Shown here piece after piece: positions 52,676 to 62,549 of a DNA stretch of 64,000 nucleotides. How positions within the stretch are numbered: the first letter of the stretch is position 1; every line of letters starts with the position of its first letter. Below the pieces are notes generated by a model, which was given only the letters and a program-made list of their open reading frames with translations, was not told where the DNA came from and searched no databases. The stretch is from an uncultured Acidobacteriota bacterium (GTDB lineage Bacteria > Acidobacteriota > Vicinamibacteria > Vicinamibacterales > UBA8438). The DNA is taken from assembly GCA_913043225.1 (NCBI GenBank), contig CAJWLU010000011.1, positions 53,216-117,215 of the forward strand. Direction: 5' to 3'. The position numbers and the translations under genes were made by a program.

Positions 52676-53635
52676 TCAGTAGTTCTCGGCGAGGTCCATC
52701 CCCTCGTAGAGGCTAGCAACCTGATCGGCGTACCCGTTAAACATCTGGGTCCGCATCCGGAAGAAGCTGCCAATCCGACGCTCACTCGCCTGGCTCCACC
52801 GGGGGTGATCCACCTCGGAATTGACGTTCGAGTAGAACCCGTACTCGTTCGGGATAGCCACGTTCCAGGAATTGCGAGGCTGGTCCTCCACAAACTGGAT
52901 CTTAACGATCGACTTGATACTCTTGAACCCATACTTCCAGGGCACCACGAGCCGCAGCGGAGCGCCTTGCTGGTTCAGCAACGTCTTGCCGTAGACACCT
53001 ACCGCCAGGATGGTGAGCGGATGCATCGCTTCGTCCATCCGCAACCCCTCGACGTAGGGCCACTCGAGGGACGGACCACGCTGCCCCCGCATCTCATCGG
53101 GCCGATAGAGGGTCTCGAACCGGACGTACTTAGCCTTCGAGGTCGGCTCGAACCGCTTGATAAGGTCTCCGAGCGGGAACCCGACCCAGGGCACGACCAT
53201 AGACCACGCCTCGACGCAGCGGAGCCTGTAAATCCGCTCCTCAAGCGTATGGGGGCCGAGAAGGTCCTCAATGGGCACGTCTCCAGCCGGCCGGTTCATC
53301 TCGCCCTCGACCCGCACCGACCAGGGGTCGATCGACATCTCGTGTGCGTAACGGGCCGGGTCGCCCTTGTCGAGGCCAAACTCGTAGAAATTGTTGTAGG
53401 TCGTGATGTCCTCGAACGAATTGAGTTCCTCGTCCGTGCTGAACGGAGACTTCACCAGGTCCGGAATGTCCTGCTGGGCAGACACCGTCCCGTCATACTG
53501 GCCAAGAATCGACGCGCCGGACACGGCGCCAAGCGCCGCACCCGAGGTCGCCTTGATGAACTGCCGACGGTTTCGGTAGAGGTGCTCGGGGGTAATCTCG
53601 GATGAACGGATGTCCGGTGCCTGCCTGATCAGCAT
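52676..53635 (-). CDS. msrP: Protein-methionine-sulfoxide reductase catalytic subunit MsrP (YedY)
   Basis: SEITP...NRRQF Tat signal, [36 protein letters not shown]. Confidence 0.97.
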   Translation of the reverse strand: MLIRQAPDIRSSEITPEHLYRNRRQFIKATSGAALGAVSGASILGQYDGTVSAQQDIPDLVKSPFSTDEELNSFEDITTYNNFYEFGLDKGDPARYAHEMSIDPWSVRVEGEMNRPAGDVPIEDLLGPHTLEERIYRLRCVEAWSMVVPWVGFPLGDLIKRFEPTSKAKYVRFETLYRPDEMRGQRGPSLEWPYVEGLRMDEAMHPLTILAVGVYGKTLLNQQGAPLRLVVPWKYGFKSIKSIVKIQFVEDQPRNSWNVAIPNEYGFYSNVNSEVDHPRWSQASERRIGSFFRMRTQMFNGYADQVASLYEGMDLAENY

Positions 53636-53692
53636 TTGTCTCTCCGCGCGGTTACCGGTTCACGACGTGGGCCAGTACACACTAGTTCCCGC

Positions 53693-54493
53693 TCATCGTC
53701 GCCTCCAGCCGCTTGGGTTGTCAACGGGACTCCGGTGGTCCGGGCCTCGGTCTCCCTCGGTAATCTGGCACCCGAGGGGTGGGCAACGGCGTCCCCCGTC
53801 ACTCCATACCGGATAAGACGCCGCCAGGCTCTGGGGGGACTGTCCTGCGAGGTGCCTCACCAGGATCGAGAGGTTGCCCCCGGTCCGTCGCCACCAGCCA
53901 TCACGCTGCCACCGGCGGGCAGAGACGGTAATCGGTAACCTGGCGCGATGGAACCGGCCGGTCCGTCGTAGACGACGCACGAGATCGGCGTCCTCCATCA
54001 GCGGCTGCTCCTGGTAGCCTCCCAGTACCTCGAATCGTTCCCGCTTGACGAAGAGCCCCTGGTCGCCGTAGGCCACGCCGAGCCACCGCACCCGGAGTCG
54101 AACGCCCCACTCAATGAGACGCGGTTGCCACCCCTGGGCATCGATGGCCAGCCGGTAGCACCCGGCGCTCGCACCGCGCGCTTCGGCCTCGGCGAACGCG
54201 CCGGCCCATCCCTCGGACAGCAGCGCGTCGGCATGAAGGAACAACAACCAACGGCCGACTGCCCGGGCCGCTCCGGCGTTCATCTGCGCCCCCCGACCCC
54301 GAACGCCATCGACCCACACCACGTCAGGCCGGGCCCGACGCAACGGTTCGATCTCGATGTCGTCCTGGGCACCATTAGCCACGATGAGCTGGCGTTCTGG
54401 AGCAGGCCGCAGGGTCGCAAGCAGCCGACCCAGTGGTTCGGCGTCTCGATAGACGGGAATAACGACCGACAACGCGGTCTCAGGCATGGACAC
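53693..54493 (-). CDS. GT2 glycosyltransferase, TIGR04283-like
   Basis: SVVIP, GRGAQMNAGA, LLFLHAD, YGDQGLF, PLMED, SARRW. Confidence 0.88.
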   Translation of the reverse strand: MSMPETALSVVIPVYRDAEPLGRLLATLRPAPERQLIVANGAQDDIEIEPLRRARPDVVWVDGVRGRGAQMNAGAARAVGRWLLFLHADALLSEGWAGAFAEAEARGASAGCYRLAIDAQGWQPRLIEWGVRLRVRWLGVAYGDQGLFVKRERFEVLGGYQEQPLMEDADLVRRLRRTGRFHRARLPITVSARRWQRDGWWRRTGGNLSILVRHLAGQSPQSLAASYPVWSDGGRRCPPLGCQITEGDRGPDHRSPVDNPSGWRRR

Positions 54494-55176
54494 TAGCTCG
54501 AGGCCGCGGGCAGCCCGAGGAACGTGGTGACTTCGACCCAGAGCCGGTCCAAATCGGTCTTGAGTTGATGGTCGTCGGCGAGCAGGACGAGGTCGACCCG
54601 CGACCGACCGGCCGCGAATCGCTGCACCATGGCAGGATCGACGATGTCGTCTCGACTCCCCTGCAGGATCAGCGTCGGGACCATAGTCTCGATGGCGAAG
54701 CTATCATACCGCTGCGCGTCAGCGTACAGGTCATAGCAAAGCTCAACGCGCTCCCCGGTACCGTAGTGCTCGATCTCCAGCACACCACCCTCACGCCAGG
54801 CCTCGAGTTCGGCCACGCTCAGGCCCGTCATTCCACGTCGACCAAAATCGAGCGCGGGGGCAAGCATTACCAAGCGCTCGACCGGCGTTCGGACCTCGGC
54901 GCCAGACGCCTGGCGTTCCCGATTGCGCTCGGCCACGTGTGCGGCCACGAACGCCCCCAGACTGGATCCCAGCAGCGCGACTGGGCCCGGGGTCAGTTTA
55001 TCCATCAACGATTCGACCTGCTCGATCATCCGCGTGGTGGTCATCGTCGCGAACTCTGGCTGGTTCAAGTCCGGACAATGCAGGCGCACACCGATCGCCG
55101 CCAGCCGCTCCCGCAGAAACACCGCCTTCGAAGACTTAGGCGACGATGCAAACCCGTGGAGATAGATAAGATGCAC
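54493..55176 (-). CDS. YqiA/YcfP-like alpha/beta hydrolase
   Basis: YLHGFASSP.S.K, GSSLG, QG..DD, DDH catalytic triad. Confidence 0.9.
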   Translation of the reverse strand: MHLIYLHGFASSPKSSKAVFLRERLAAIGVRLHCPDLNQPEFATMTTTRMIEQVESLMDKLTPGPVALLGSSLGAFVAAHVAERNRERQASGAEVRTPVERLVMLAPALDFGRRGMTGLSVAELEAWREGGVLEIEHYGTGERVELCYDLYADAQRYDSFAIETMVPTLILQGSRDDIVDPAMVQRFAAGRSRVDLVLLADDHQLKTDLDRLWVEVTTFLGLPAASS

Positions 55177-55191
55177 GGCCTCACCAGCGCG

Positions 55192-55605
55192 CTAGAGCCA
55201 AGTCTGACAGCCAGGACGACATCGACAGGGAATCTCCTTGTCACCATCGGTGTGATAGTCGTAGGCCAACTCTTCACCCTCCTCGATCCGCTTGCCGGCA
55301 ATGATCCAGATGACGCCACCAATGATATTGGCGTAACAGTTCGGCGTACACGAGTGATTGATGAACCGCGCCACGTTGCCCCTCACGTTGGCGTCGATCA
55401 CCCAGTGGGTGTTGATACGAAAACACCAGATCTCTCCTCGTCGAAGATACCGGTCCTCGCGGTCCTCGCTTTCCTTCGACGAAATCTTCTCGCCCTCGTA
55501 TCTGATGATCCGTTTGTTTTTGTTGAGACCTTCCTCGGCGAACACGCCCCACCCGTGGAGCTTTGACCGTTTCCGCTTGATTTTCGGGAGATAGATCTCA
55601 CCCAC
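55192..55605 (-). CDS. SET domain protein-lysine methyltransferase
   Basis: HGWGVFA, RFINHSCTPNC, GEELAYDY, post-SET CRC..C. Confidence 0.93.
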   Translation of the reverse strand: MGEIYLPKIKRKRSKLHGWGVFAEEGLNKNKRIIRYEGEKISSKESEDREDRYLRRGEIWCFRINTHWVIDANVRGNVARFINHSCTPNCYANIIGGVIWIIAGKRIEEGEELAYDYHTDGDKEIPCRCRPGCQTWL

Positions 55606-55717
55606 GCCGCCACCGTCCTGTCGTGTATGGTCGTCGTCATCGCGACCCGTCGCTTCACTAAAGCCGCTGCATCATACCAGCCGCCATGACGGCCTGCCGG
55701 ACCGTATAATCTCGCCC

Positions 55718-56104
55718 GTGACCAGCCCCTGCGAGGAACCAACCCCGGCGCTGCTTCGCGAAGGGGTCGAACAATTCAACCGCGGTGAGTTCTTCGAACA
55801 GCACGAAACACTGGAAGACCTGTGGCGGGAGGAGCAGCGCCCACTACGACGTCTCTATCAGGGCATCCTGCAGATCGGGGTGGCGATGTATCACATCCAG
55901 CGTCGTAACCATCACGGCGCCGTGTACATGCTCACCCGCGGGTCCGGCTACCTGCGTCCATTCGCCCCGAGCTGTCAGGGCGTCGACGTGGACGACCTCT
56001 TGGCTTCAGCCACACGTCTCCTCGAGCTCGTCGAGCGCCTGGGACCGAACCGACTTGACGAATTCGACTGGAACGACGCGCCCCGAGTTCGCTGGATCGG
56101 CTGA
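55718..56104 (+). CDS. DUF309 protein
   Basis: FNRGEFFEQHETLEDLW, QGILQIGVA..H. Confidence 0.9.
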   Translation: MTSPCEEPTPALLREGVEQFNRGEFFEQHETLEDLWREEQRPLRRLYQGILQIGVAMYHIQRRNHHGAVYMLTRGSGYLRPFAPSCQGVDVDDLLASATRLLELVERLGPNRLDEFDWNDAPRVRWIG

Positions 56105-56120
56105 CACGTATACTCGACCG

Positions 56121-56813
56121 ATGCCCACCACGTCCGTCGGTTTCACGAAAGACACCCTAAAGTTTCTACGGGCGCTCAAGCGCCACAACGAGCGCGACTG
56201 GTTCAACGCACACAAGGCGAACTACGAAGCCCACGTGAAAGCACCGATGCTGGCCATCATCAAGCGGCTCGCCACCGACTTTCCACAAATTGCGCCGGAT
56301 TTGGTCGCTTCGCCCCGATCGATGTATCGCATCTACCGCGACACCCGGTTCTCTCCGGACAAGACGCCCTACAAGACCCACGTCTCGGCCGCCTTCTCGC
56401 ACCAACGTCTACTCAAGAACGAGAGCGCCGGTCTGTATTTCCACCTAAGCCCGACCGAGCTCTGGATTGGTGGTGGGCTCTACGCTCCACAGACGCCGCA
56501 ACTTCACCGGATCCGGGAGCACATCGTCGCCAACCTGCAACGGTTCGGCAGCCTAGCCGAGTCACCGGCCGTCAAGCGCCTGGGTGGCGTACGCGGCGAA
56601 CGATTGCAGCGGGTACCCCGCGGGTTTCCCAAGGACCACAAGGCGGCGGACTATCTACGGCTAAAGCAGTACTTGATCGGCGACCAGCTCGATGCGGAAA
56701 AGGCGCTCAGTCCCCGGTTCTACGACATGCTGGTTCGGCGCTTCACCACTATCGCGCCGTTCATCCACTTCCTCAATGCCCCGCTTGCCGCCGCGGCGCC
56801 ATTCAGGCACTAG
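56121..56813 (+). CDS. DUF2461 (TIGR02453) protein
   Basis: FL..L..HNERDWF, RIYRDTRFSPDKTPYKT, LQRVPRGF. Confidence 0.9.
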   Translation: MPTTSVGFTKDTLKFLRALKRHNERDWFNAHKANYEAHVKAPMLAIIKRLATDFPQIAPDLVASPRSMYRIYRDTRFSPDKTPYKTHVSAAFSHQRLLKNESAGLYFHLSPTELWIGGGLYAPQTPQLHRIREHIVANLQRFGSLAESPAVKRLGGVRGERLQRVPRGFPKDHKAADYLRLKQYLIGDQLDAEKALSPRFYDMLVRRFTTIAPFIHFLNAPLAAAAPFRH

Positions 56814-56834
56814 TGCTCCACGCCGCCCGGTCAA

Positions 56835-59800
56835 CTAATAGAAGTCGCGGGAATCAGGCGTCGCTTTAGTGTGCGTGAAGTCGTGGAAACGCTCGGCGCG
56901 CACTGAAGCAACGCCATTCTGCAGCTGAAGCACTCCCTCTACCAGCAGAAACGGCCGCTGGAGGATCGTCACCTGCTCGGTGGCAAAGACATCGGGTTTG
57001 ACGATAATGTTCGCCACTCCCGTCTCATCCTCCAAGGTCAGAAACACAAAGCCTTTGGCCGTCCCCGGGCGCTGGCGCGTAATAACGTTACCTGCCACCC
57101 TTACCCGACGTCCATGCCGCCCCTGGGGCAAATCAATCGCCCGCAGCACGCCTCGCAAGGCCAGCTCCTGTCGTCTGAAGGCAACTGGATGGGGGCCGAT
57201 GGTCACCCCGGTACCCGCATAGTCGGCCACCACCCGCTCTTCCGGCGACATCTTTGGCAACGGCGCGCCTTCCCGCGCCGTAGAATGCGAGGCGCGCTTT
57301 GGCGGGCGATCCCGCTTCTCTTTAAACAACTCGCCAGGGTCCCGCACCGCTCGCTCGACCTGCCACAATGCCGTCCGCCGGTCGTATCCGAACGCGTTGA
57401 GCGCACCAATCTCGGCCAACGTGGCCAACTCGTCTCGTCGAACCCCCGTGCGTTCGACCAGATCTTCGATAGAACTGAACCGCACTCTTTCGGTCCGTGG
57501 CAACTCAGGCAGCCAGTCGGCCGCACAGAGGCTGCAGAACCCCCTCGCGCGGGCGGTGTCCTGATCCACCACCTCGACCATCAACGGGTCGTCGCACCCG
57601 CACTTGGGACACGCCAGCGTGATGGCATCGCTCGCGTGGCGACGACGGTCGGTCCCGACCGCCGCCATTGCCTTCCCCTGTTCAGCCCGCAAGCCGGTCA
57701 CATAGCGCAATCCAAGGCGAATTGCGCCATCCTGCTCCACGGTGCAGTCCCAGTCCGAATGCTGAACATCGATGCGAGCAAACCGGACCCCGCGGCGCTG
57801 GGCATCCTTCACCAGGGTGGCGGGATGGTAGAACCCCATCGGCTGGTTGTTGAGCAGTGCCGTGTAGAAGGCCGCCGGGTAATGCGCCTTGAGATAGACG
57901 CTGGCATAGACCAACAGCGCGAAACTCGCGGCATGCGACTCGGGAAAACCATAGAGCGCAAACGAGGTGATCGCGCGCACGATCTCATCGGCCGGCGCAC
58001 CCGTGATCCCGCGTGTCGCCATTCCCTCACGCAACGACACTTCGATCTCGGTCATCCGACGTTCCGAACGCTTGAACCCGAACGCCCGCCGCAATTCCTC
58101 CGCCTGCCCGCCCGAGAACCCGGCCGCCACCATCGCCACGCGTAACAGCTGTTCCTGGAACAGTGGCACGCCCAGCGTCCGGCGCAGGATCGGCTCGAGC
58201 GAGGGATGGGGGTACTCGACCGGCTCTCGACCAGACCGGCGCTTCATATAGGGATGCACCATATGTCCCACGATGGGACCAGGCCGGATAATGGCCACTT
58301 CCACCACGATGTCGTAGAAGCACTTCGGCTTTAGACGCGGAAGCGTAGCTATCTGCGCGCGAGATTCGACCTGGAACACCCCGATGGTATCGGCCTGCTG
58401 CAGCATCTCGTAGACGGCCGGATCGTCGGGAGGCAACCGGGCCAGATCGATCGCTCCCGAGCGATCCGGCCCACCCCGATCTCGGTTGATGAGCGCGAAG
58501 GCCTCCTGCAACGCAGCCATCATGCCCAGACCGAGAAGATCGACCTTCACGATACCCATGTCGGCGCAATCGTCTTTATCCCACTGCACCACGACCCGCC
58601 CAGGCATGGTGGCGGGCTCGAGCGGCACCACTTCGTCGAGCCGTCCCTGGCAGATGACCATGCCTCCCGAGTGCTGCCCCAAATGACGAGGCAGGTCCTG
58701 GATCCGCCGCCACAGCATCCCGAACCGTTGGATCCGCGGGTCTTCGAACTCGCTCCCCACATCGGCCAGCTGACGGCTCAACGAGTCGTCCGGGTCGGTC
58801 CATTCGAAGTTATTCATGACCTTGGCCAGCCGATCGATCTGGCCTGAATCGATCGACAATGTCTTCCCCACGTCCCGCGCCGCGCTCCGCCCCTGGTAGG
58901 TGATGACGTTGGCGGTCATACCCACTCCCAGCTGGCCATACCGCTCGTAGACGTACTGGATGACCTGTTCCCGGCGATCGCCACTCGGTAGATCCAGATC
59001 GATGTCCGGCCACTCGCCACGCTCCTCGGACAGGAAACGTTCGAAGAGCAGGTCCATCCCCACCGGATCGACCGCCGTGATCCCCAGGCTGTAGCAAACG
59101 GCGCTGTTGGCGGCCGACCCTCGCCCTTGCACCAAAATATCCTGCTGCCGGCAGAAGTTGACGAGGTCCCAAACGATGAGGAAATACCCGGCCAGCTCGA
59201 GCTTCTCGATCAGGTCGAGCTCGCGCGCAATCTGGCGGCGAGCGCGCTCGTGATACGGCCGATACCGTTCACGCGCACCAACCTCCGTAATCGCGCGAAG
59301 GAACGCAATCATCGTGTCGCCAGTCGGCACCGGATAGGTGGGAAAGCGGTAGCCGAGATCGGCCATGGTGTAGCTCAGCCGTTCAGCGAGCTCCCCGACC
59401 GTGGTGAGAGCTTTGGGCTGGTCCCGAAACAGACGACGCATCGCTGCGGGCGACTTGAGATACCGCTCAGCATTCCGGCCCAGTCGACGACCCGCCTGAG
59501 CGAGCGTGGTCTTGTGCCGAAGACAGCTCAGGACGTCGTAGAGGGGACGGTCTTCCGGTGCGGCGAACCGCACCCCATTTGTGGCGACCAACGGCACCCG
59601 GTAGGCATCAGCCAGCGCAAGCAACGCCTGGTTATCGACAGCTTCGTCTCGAGTCAGATGTCGCTGCAGTTCGACAAACACCTGGGACCGACCGAAGATC
59701 CCCAGTAATCGGTCGAGCAACCCACCGACACCGTAGCGGTGCCCCATCAGAGCCGCCCGCCCCGCTAGCACAACCAGCCCTTGTGCGTGCTCCTCCAAAT

Positions 59801-60176
59801 CCTCGAGGGTGAGCGCCGCTTCGCCCTTGGGCACCTCAAGCTTCCGCCTGGTCAGCAGTCGGCACAAATTGCGATAACCCTGCTGAGTTTCCACCAGTAC
59901 GGGCAACCGCCAGCACCCGGCCAGCGCGGGCGCGTCGCGCTCCGCGCCATGTGCGCCGTCCCATCCTTTCGAGATGGTCAGTTCGCATCCGACAATCGGC
60001 TTAATCCCTGCCGCCTGGGCGGCCTTGTAAAACCGAGGCGCCCCATAGACTCCATCGCGATCGAGTAAGGCCAGCGCTGGATAGTCCAGCGCGGCCGCCC
60101 GGGCGACCAACGCCTCGGGGAGCGACGCTCCATCAAGGAAGGAAAAGGCGGACGCCGCATGGAGCTCGACGAACAT
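56835..60176 (-). CDS. dnaE2: Error-prone DNA polymerase DnaE2 (ImuC)
   Basis: ELHAASAFSFLDGAS, GRGSAANS, PDIDLD, PRHLGQHSGG, YGFPESHA, QPMGFY, RQRPGTAKG, terminal SRDFY. Confidence 0.97.
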   Translation of the reverse strand: MFVELHAASAFSFLDGASLPEALVARAAALDYPALALLDRDGVYGAPRFYKAAQAAGIKPIVGCELTISKGWDGAHGAERDAPALAGCWRLPVLVETQQGYRNLCRLLTRRKLEVPKGEAALTLEDLEEHAQGLVVLAGRAALMGHRYGVGGLLDRLLGIFGRSQVFVELQRHLTRDEAVDNQALLALADAYRVPLVATNGVRFAAPEDRPLYDVLSCLRHKTTLAQAGRRLGRNAERYLKSPAAMRRLFRDQPKALTTVGELAERLSYTMADLGYRFPTYPVPTGDTMIAFLRAITEVGARERYRPYHERARRQIARELDLIEKLELAGYFLIVWDLVNFCRQQDILVQGRGSAANSAVCYSLGITAVDPVGMDLLFERFLSEERGEWPDIDLDLPSGDRREQVIQYVYERYGQLGVGMTANVITYQGRSAARDVGKTLSIDSGQIDRLAKVMNNFEWTDPDDSLSRQLADVGSEFEDPRIQRFGMLWRRIQDLPRHLGQHSGGMVICQGRLDEVVPLEPATMPGRVVVQWDKDDCADMGIVKVDLLGLGMMAALQEAFALINRDRGGPDRSGAIDLARLPPDDPAVYEMLQQADTIGVFQVESRAQIATLPRLKPKCFYDIVVEVAIIRPGPIVGHMVHPYMKRRSGREPVEYPHPSLEPILRRTLGVPLFQEQLLRVAMVAAGFSGGQAEELRRAFGFKRSERRMTEIEVSLREGMATRGITGAPADEIVRAITSFALYGFPESHAASFALLVYASVYLKAHYPAAFYTALLNNQPMGFYHPATLVKDAQRRGVRFARIDVQHSDWDCTVEQDGAIRLGLRYVTGLRAEQGKAMAAVGTDRRRHASDAITLACPKCGCDDPLMVEVVDQDTARARGFCSLCAADWLPELPRTERVRFSSIEDLVERTGVRRDELATLAEIGALNAFGYDRRTALWQVERAVRDPGELFKEKRDRPPKRASHSTAREGAPLPKMSPEERVVADYAGTGVTIGPHPVAFRRQELALRGVLRAIDLPQGRHGRRVRVAGNVITRQRPGTAKGFVFLTLEDETGVANIIVKPDVFATEQVTILQRPFLLVEGVLQLQNGVASVRAERFHDFTHTKATPDSRDFY

Positions 60177-60191
60177 AACGGACGACGACGT

Positions 60192-61736
60192 CTAATCCAC
60201 CATCGCGTCGACGAACCAGCGGTCGGTCTGGCGATCGAGGAAGATGCGATATACGCCGCCGTCGGCCAGTGACACATCCCACTCGTCGCGGTCCCAGGCT
60301 CCGGGGGTCGTAGGGGCGGAATCGGCAGACGGTTCGTGGTCGGCGTCCTGCCACCACTCGCCCGACTCGCGCCAGGGACCAGCAGCTTGCCGTACGGCGC
60401 CGCCAATCACACGGGGAGCGGTGACGCGCACCGGACGCCCGTGCTCCACCGTGACCCTGGCGGCGACCGGCGCGCGATAGCGACGCAACATTGGCCGTAA
60501 CGGCGAAGCGCCCGGACACGCGCCAAGCCGACGCCAATCACCCTCGATCGCGGTTTCGCGGACGGTGTCGCTCTTTGTCCGCTTCGTTTTCCAGGAAGCG
60601 GACCGAGGCTGGGACCGGGCTCGTAACGGATTCGACGATGAATCGGCCGGAGCGAACGCCCGCATCTCGACGCGGTCGGCCCCATGGGAATCGAGCACGC
60701 CCGGAGAACCACAGCGCTCTTCGCCGACCAGCGCCGTCAACCGCGCCATCAACACCGACATCTTTTCCGGCGATGGCTGCACCTGTTCGAGCAGCGAGAA
60801 CTGCTGGGTGCGCGCCGGCACCTGATCCACACGAACCGTCACCTGGTCGATGCCGGCTGCCGGCGGGTGTGACTCGAGATCGAGCAAGATCAGCGTGCGT
60901 AAGACCTTCGGATCCTTGATCGACATGGGCAGCTGGAGCGTCCGGGTATACAGCTCCTTGGTCACCAGCTTTAGGTGCACGTGTAGCACGGCGGCACCCA
61001 CACCCGCCCGCTCGAGTCTGGTGCAGAGCGGATCGAGCACTCGCCCCAGGACAAACGACAACGGCTCGAGCCCTTCAACCGGCCACTCGATCGCCAGTGA
61101 CGACTCGAACCACTCCTCGGCCGACGCGGGTACCAACGGCGCTTCGTCTTCACCCTGGGCAAACCGCTGCAAGGCCAACCCGCCCGCCCCCAACCGCTCG
61201 AACAGCTCGGGAGCCGGGAGCCGCGCCAAGTCTCCCAGCGTACGGAGCCCCCAGCGCCTTACGATCGACAGCAGGGCGAAGGCCGAAACAGCAGGCGGCG
61301 CGCTGGCCGCGCTCGTCCCCTGTCGTGTCCGGGTCGACGATTCCTGGGCCTGTTCGCGATCCAGCGCTTTCAAGGTATCAAGCGACAGCGGGGCCAGCGT
61401 CTTCGCCTCTTCACCGGGCGCTATCACCGTCAACCCACTCCGTTCCTGCACGACTAACTGGCCAGCAGTGCGGGTCGAAGCGATCGCAATCCGCACATAC
61501 AGGCGGGCCTCGGCGGCCGAACGTCGCAGGCTCTCCCCCAGCTCTCGGTCGTCACCGAACATCGTGGTCAGCCCCGCGGTGTCAAGCACCACTAGGTTGT
61601 CACCATGCACTTCAATACGAGGCGAATACTCCCGAGCCAGACGCACGAGCCGGTCGGTGACTCGGGCGGGACGAGGCACCCCATCGCCGGAGCGAAACGC
61701 CAACCCGCGCTGAGGCGCGTAGAGACAGGCAAACAT
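60192..61736 (-). CDS. imuB: Y-family polymerase-like ImuB
   Basis: MFACL, YSPRIE, WGLRTLGDLA, QFSLL clamp-binding-like motif, AGPWRESGEWW..WDRDEW; TGATG overlap with imuA. Confidence 0.88.
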   Translation of the reverse strand: MFACLYAPQRGLAFRSGDGVPRPARVTDRLVRLAREYSPRIEVHGDNLVVLDTAGLTTMFGDDRELGESLRRSAAEARLYVRIAIASTRTAGQLVVQERSGLTVIAPGEEAKTLAPLSLDTLKALDREQAQESSTRTRQGTSAASAPPAVSAFALLSIVRRWGLRTLGDLARLPAPELFERLGAGGLALQRFAQGEDEAPLVPASAEEWFESSLAIEWPVEGLEPLSFVLGRVLDPLCTRLERAGVGAAVLHVHLKLVTKELYTRTLQLPMSIKDPKVLRTLILLDLESHPPAAGIDQVTVRVDQVPARTQQFSLLEQVQPSPEKMSVLMARLTALVGEERCGSPGVLDSHGADRVEMRAFAPADSSSNPLRARSQPRSASWKTKRTKSDTVRETAIEGDWRRLGACPGASPLRPMLRRYRAPVAARVTVEHGRPVRVTAPRVIGGAVRQAAGPWRESGEWWQDADHEPSADSAPTTPGAWDRDEWDVSLADGGVYRIFLDRQTDRWFVDAMVD

Positions 61737-62473
61737 CACTGCTCCTCCGGTGTGGGATAGGTGGACCGTAAGGTGACAAACGCGTCCACCGGGCGGCGAA
61801 TGCGAATGACCTGCGCGCGCGATTCCAGTCCCTCGAAGACTCGGCCGCGATCGTGGTCGCCGGCCCAACCCGCTTCGACGTTCCCATCGAGCACAACCGT
61901 CTGCCCTTCCGAACTCCGAGCCACCGGCTCTGGCGCTAGCACGAGACCTACCGTGCGACTATGCTCGAGCACCCGCGACAACCTGAGCCAGGTCGTCATC
62001 GGCAACTGCCGCAGCACCCGTATGGGCACATCGGAGAGATCCAACGCGACAACGCCGAATCCTCCCGCGTCCAGCACCAGATTCATCGCCTTGATTGCCT
62101 GCTTCACTGTCTGGGCCAAATCCCGCGTACGCTCACGACCGCGAATCCAGAGCAAGCTCGACAGGTCCAGACCCGCGGCCGCGGCCGACACCGGGTCGAA
62201 CCGATCGCAGGCGTCGACCAGCGCCAGCAGCTCTCCACGGGCCATCGCGGCTCCGCACACGGTGGTCAACACCCCGGTGCGGCCCGAAGACCCGGCGCCG
62301 ACTATCTCCGACAGATGTCCACGAGGGAAGCCACCGCCGAGCAGCTCGTCCAGCGCGGCCAGACCTGTTCCGGCCAGATCCGACGTCTTTGGGTCAAATG
62401 AGTGAGAGGTAGTGCGGTCGAGCTTTCGCTCTCGCAACAGCGATTCGAGTCGAGCAACGGAGGCTGCAGTCAT
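61736..62473 (-). CDS. imuA: RecA-like ImuA protein
   Basis: TGLAALDELLGGGFPRG..SEIVG..SSGRT degenerate Walker A; first gene of the cassette. Confidence 0.85.
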   Translation of the reverse strand: MTAASVARLESLLRERKLDRTTSHSFDPKTSDLAGTGLAALDELLGGGFPRGHLSEIVGAGSSGRTGVLTTVCGAAMARGELLALVDACDRFDPVSAAAAGLDLSSLLWIRGRERTRDLAQTVKQAIKAMNLVLDAGGFGVVALDLSDVPIRVLRQLPMTTWLRLSRVLEHSRTVGLVLAPEPVARSSEGQTVVLDGNVEAGWAGDHDRGRVFEGLESRAQVIRIRRPVDAFVTLRSTYPTPEEQ

Positions 62474-62475
62474 TG

Positions 62476-62490
62476 TTTCGCCTTTTGTTC
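62476..62490 (-). promoter_or_regulatory. Putative LexA (SOS) box, GTTC-N7-GTTC type
   Basis: TTTC-GCCTTTT-GTTC, 2 nt upstream of the imuA ATG, one mismatch to the Acidobacterium/Alphaproteobacteria direct-repeat box. Confidence 0.7.
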
Positions 62491-62549
62491 GCTATCATCG
62501 TAACCTCCTCTCTCTGTTGGAATCAAGAAAAATGGTAATCGCTGTTACC

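Noticed and set aside
52670..52678. msrP TGA is in frame with the msrQ ATG (TGA-CTT-ATG), suggesting readthrough or Sec
   Set aside because: MsrP ends at its normal C-terminus, the position is not a catalytic Cys, and no SECIS-like hairpin is evident.
57490..57660. DnaE2 insertion as a mini-intein
   Set aside because: Too short and lacks the C/S...HN-C/S/T splice junction motifs.
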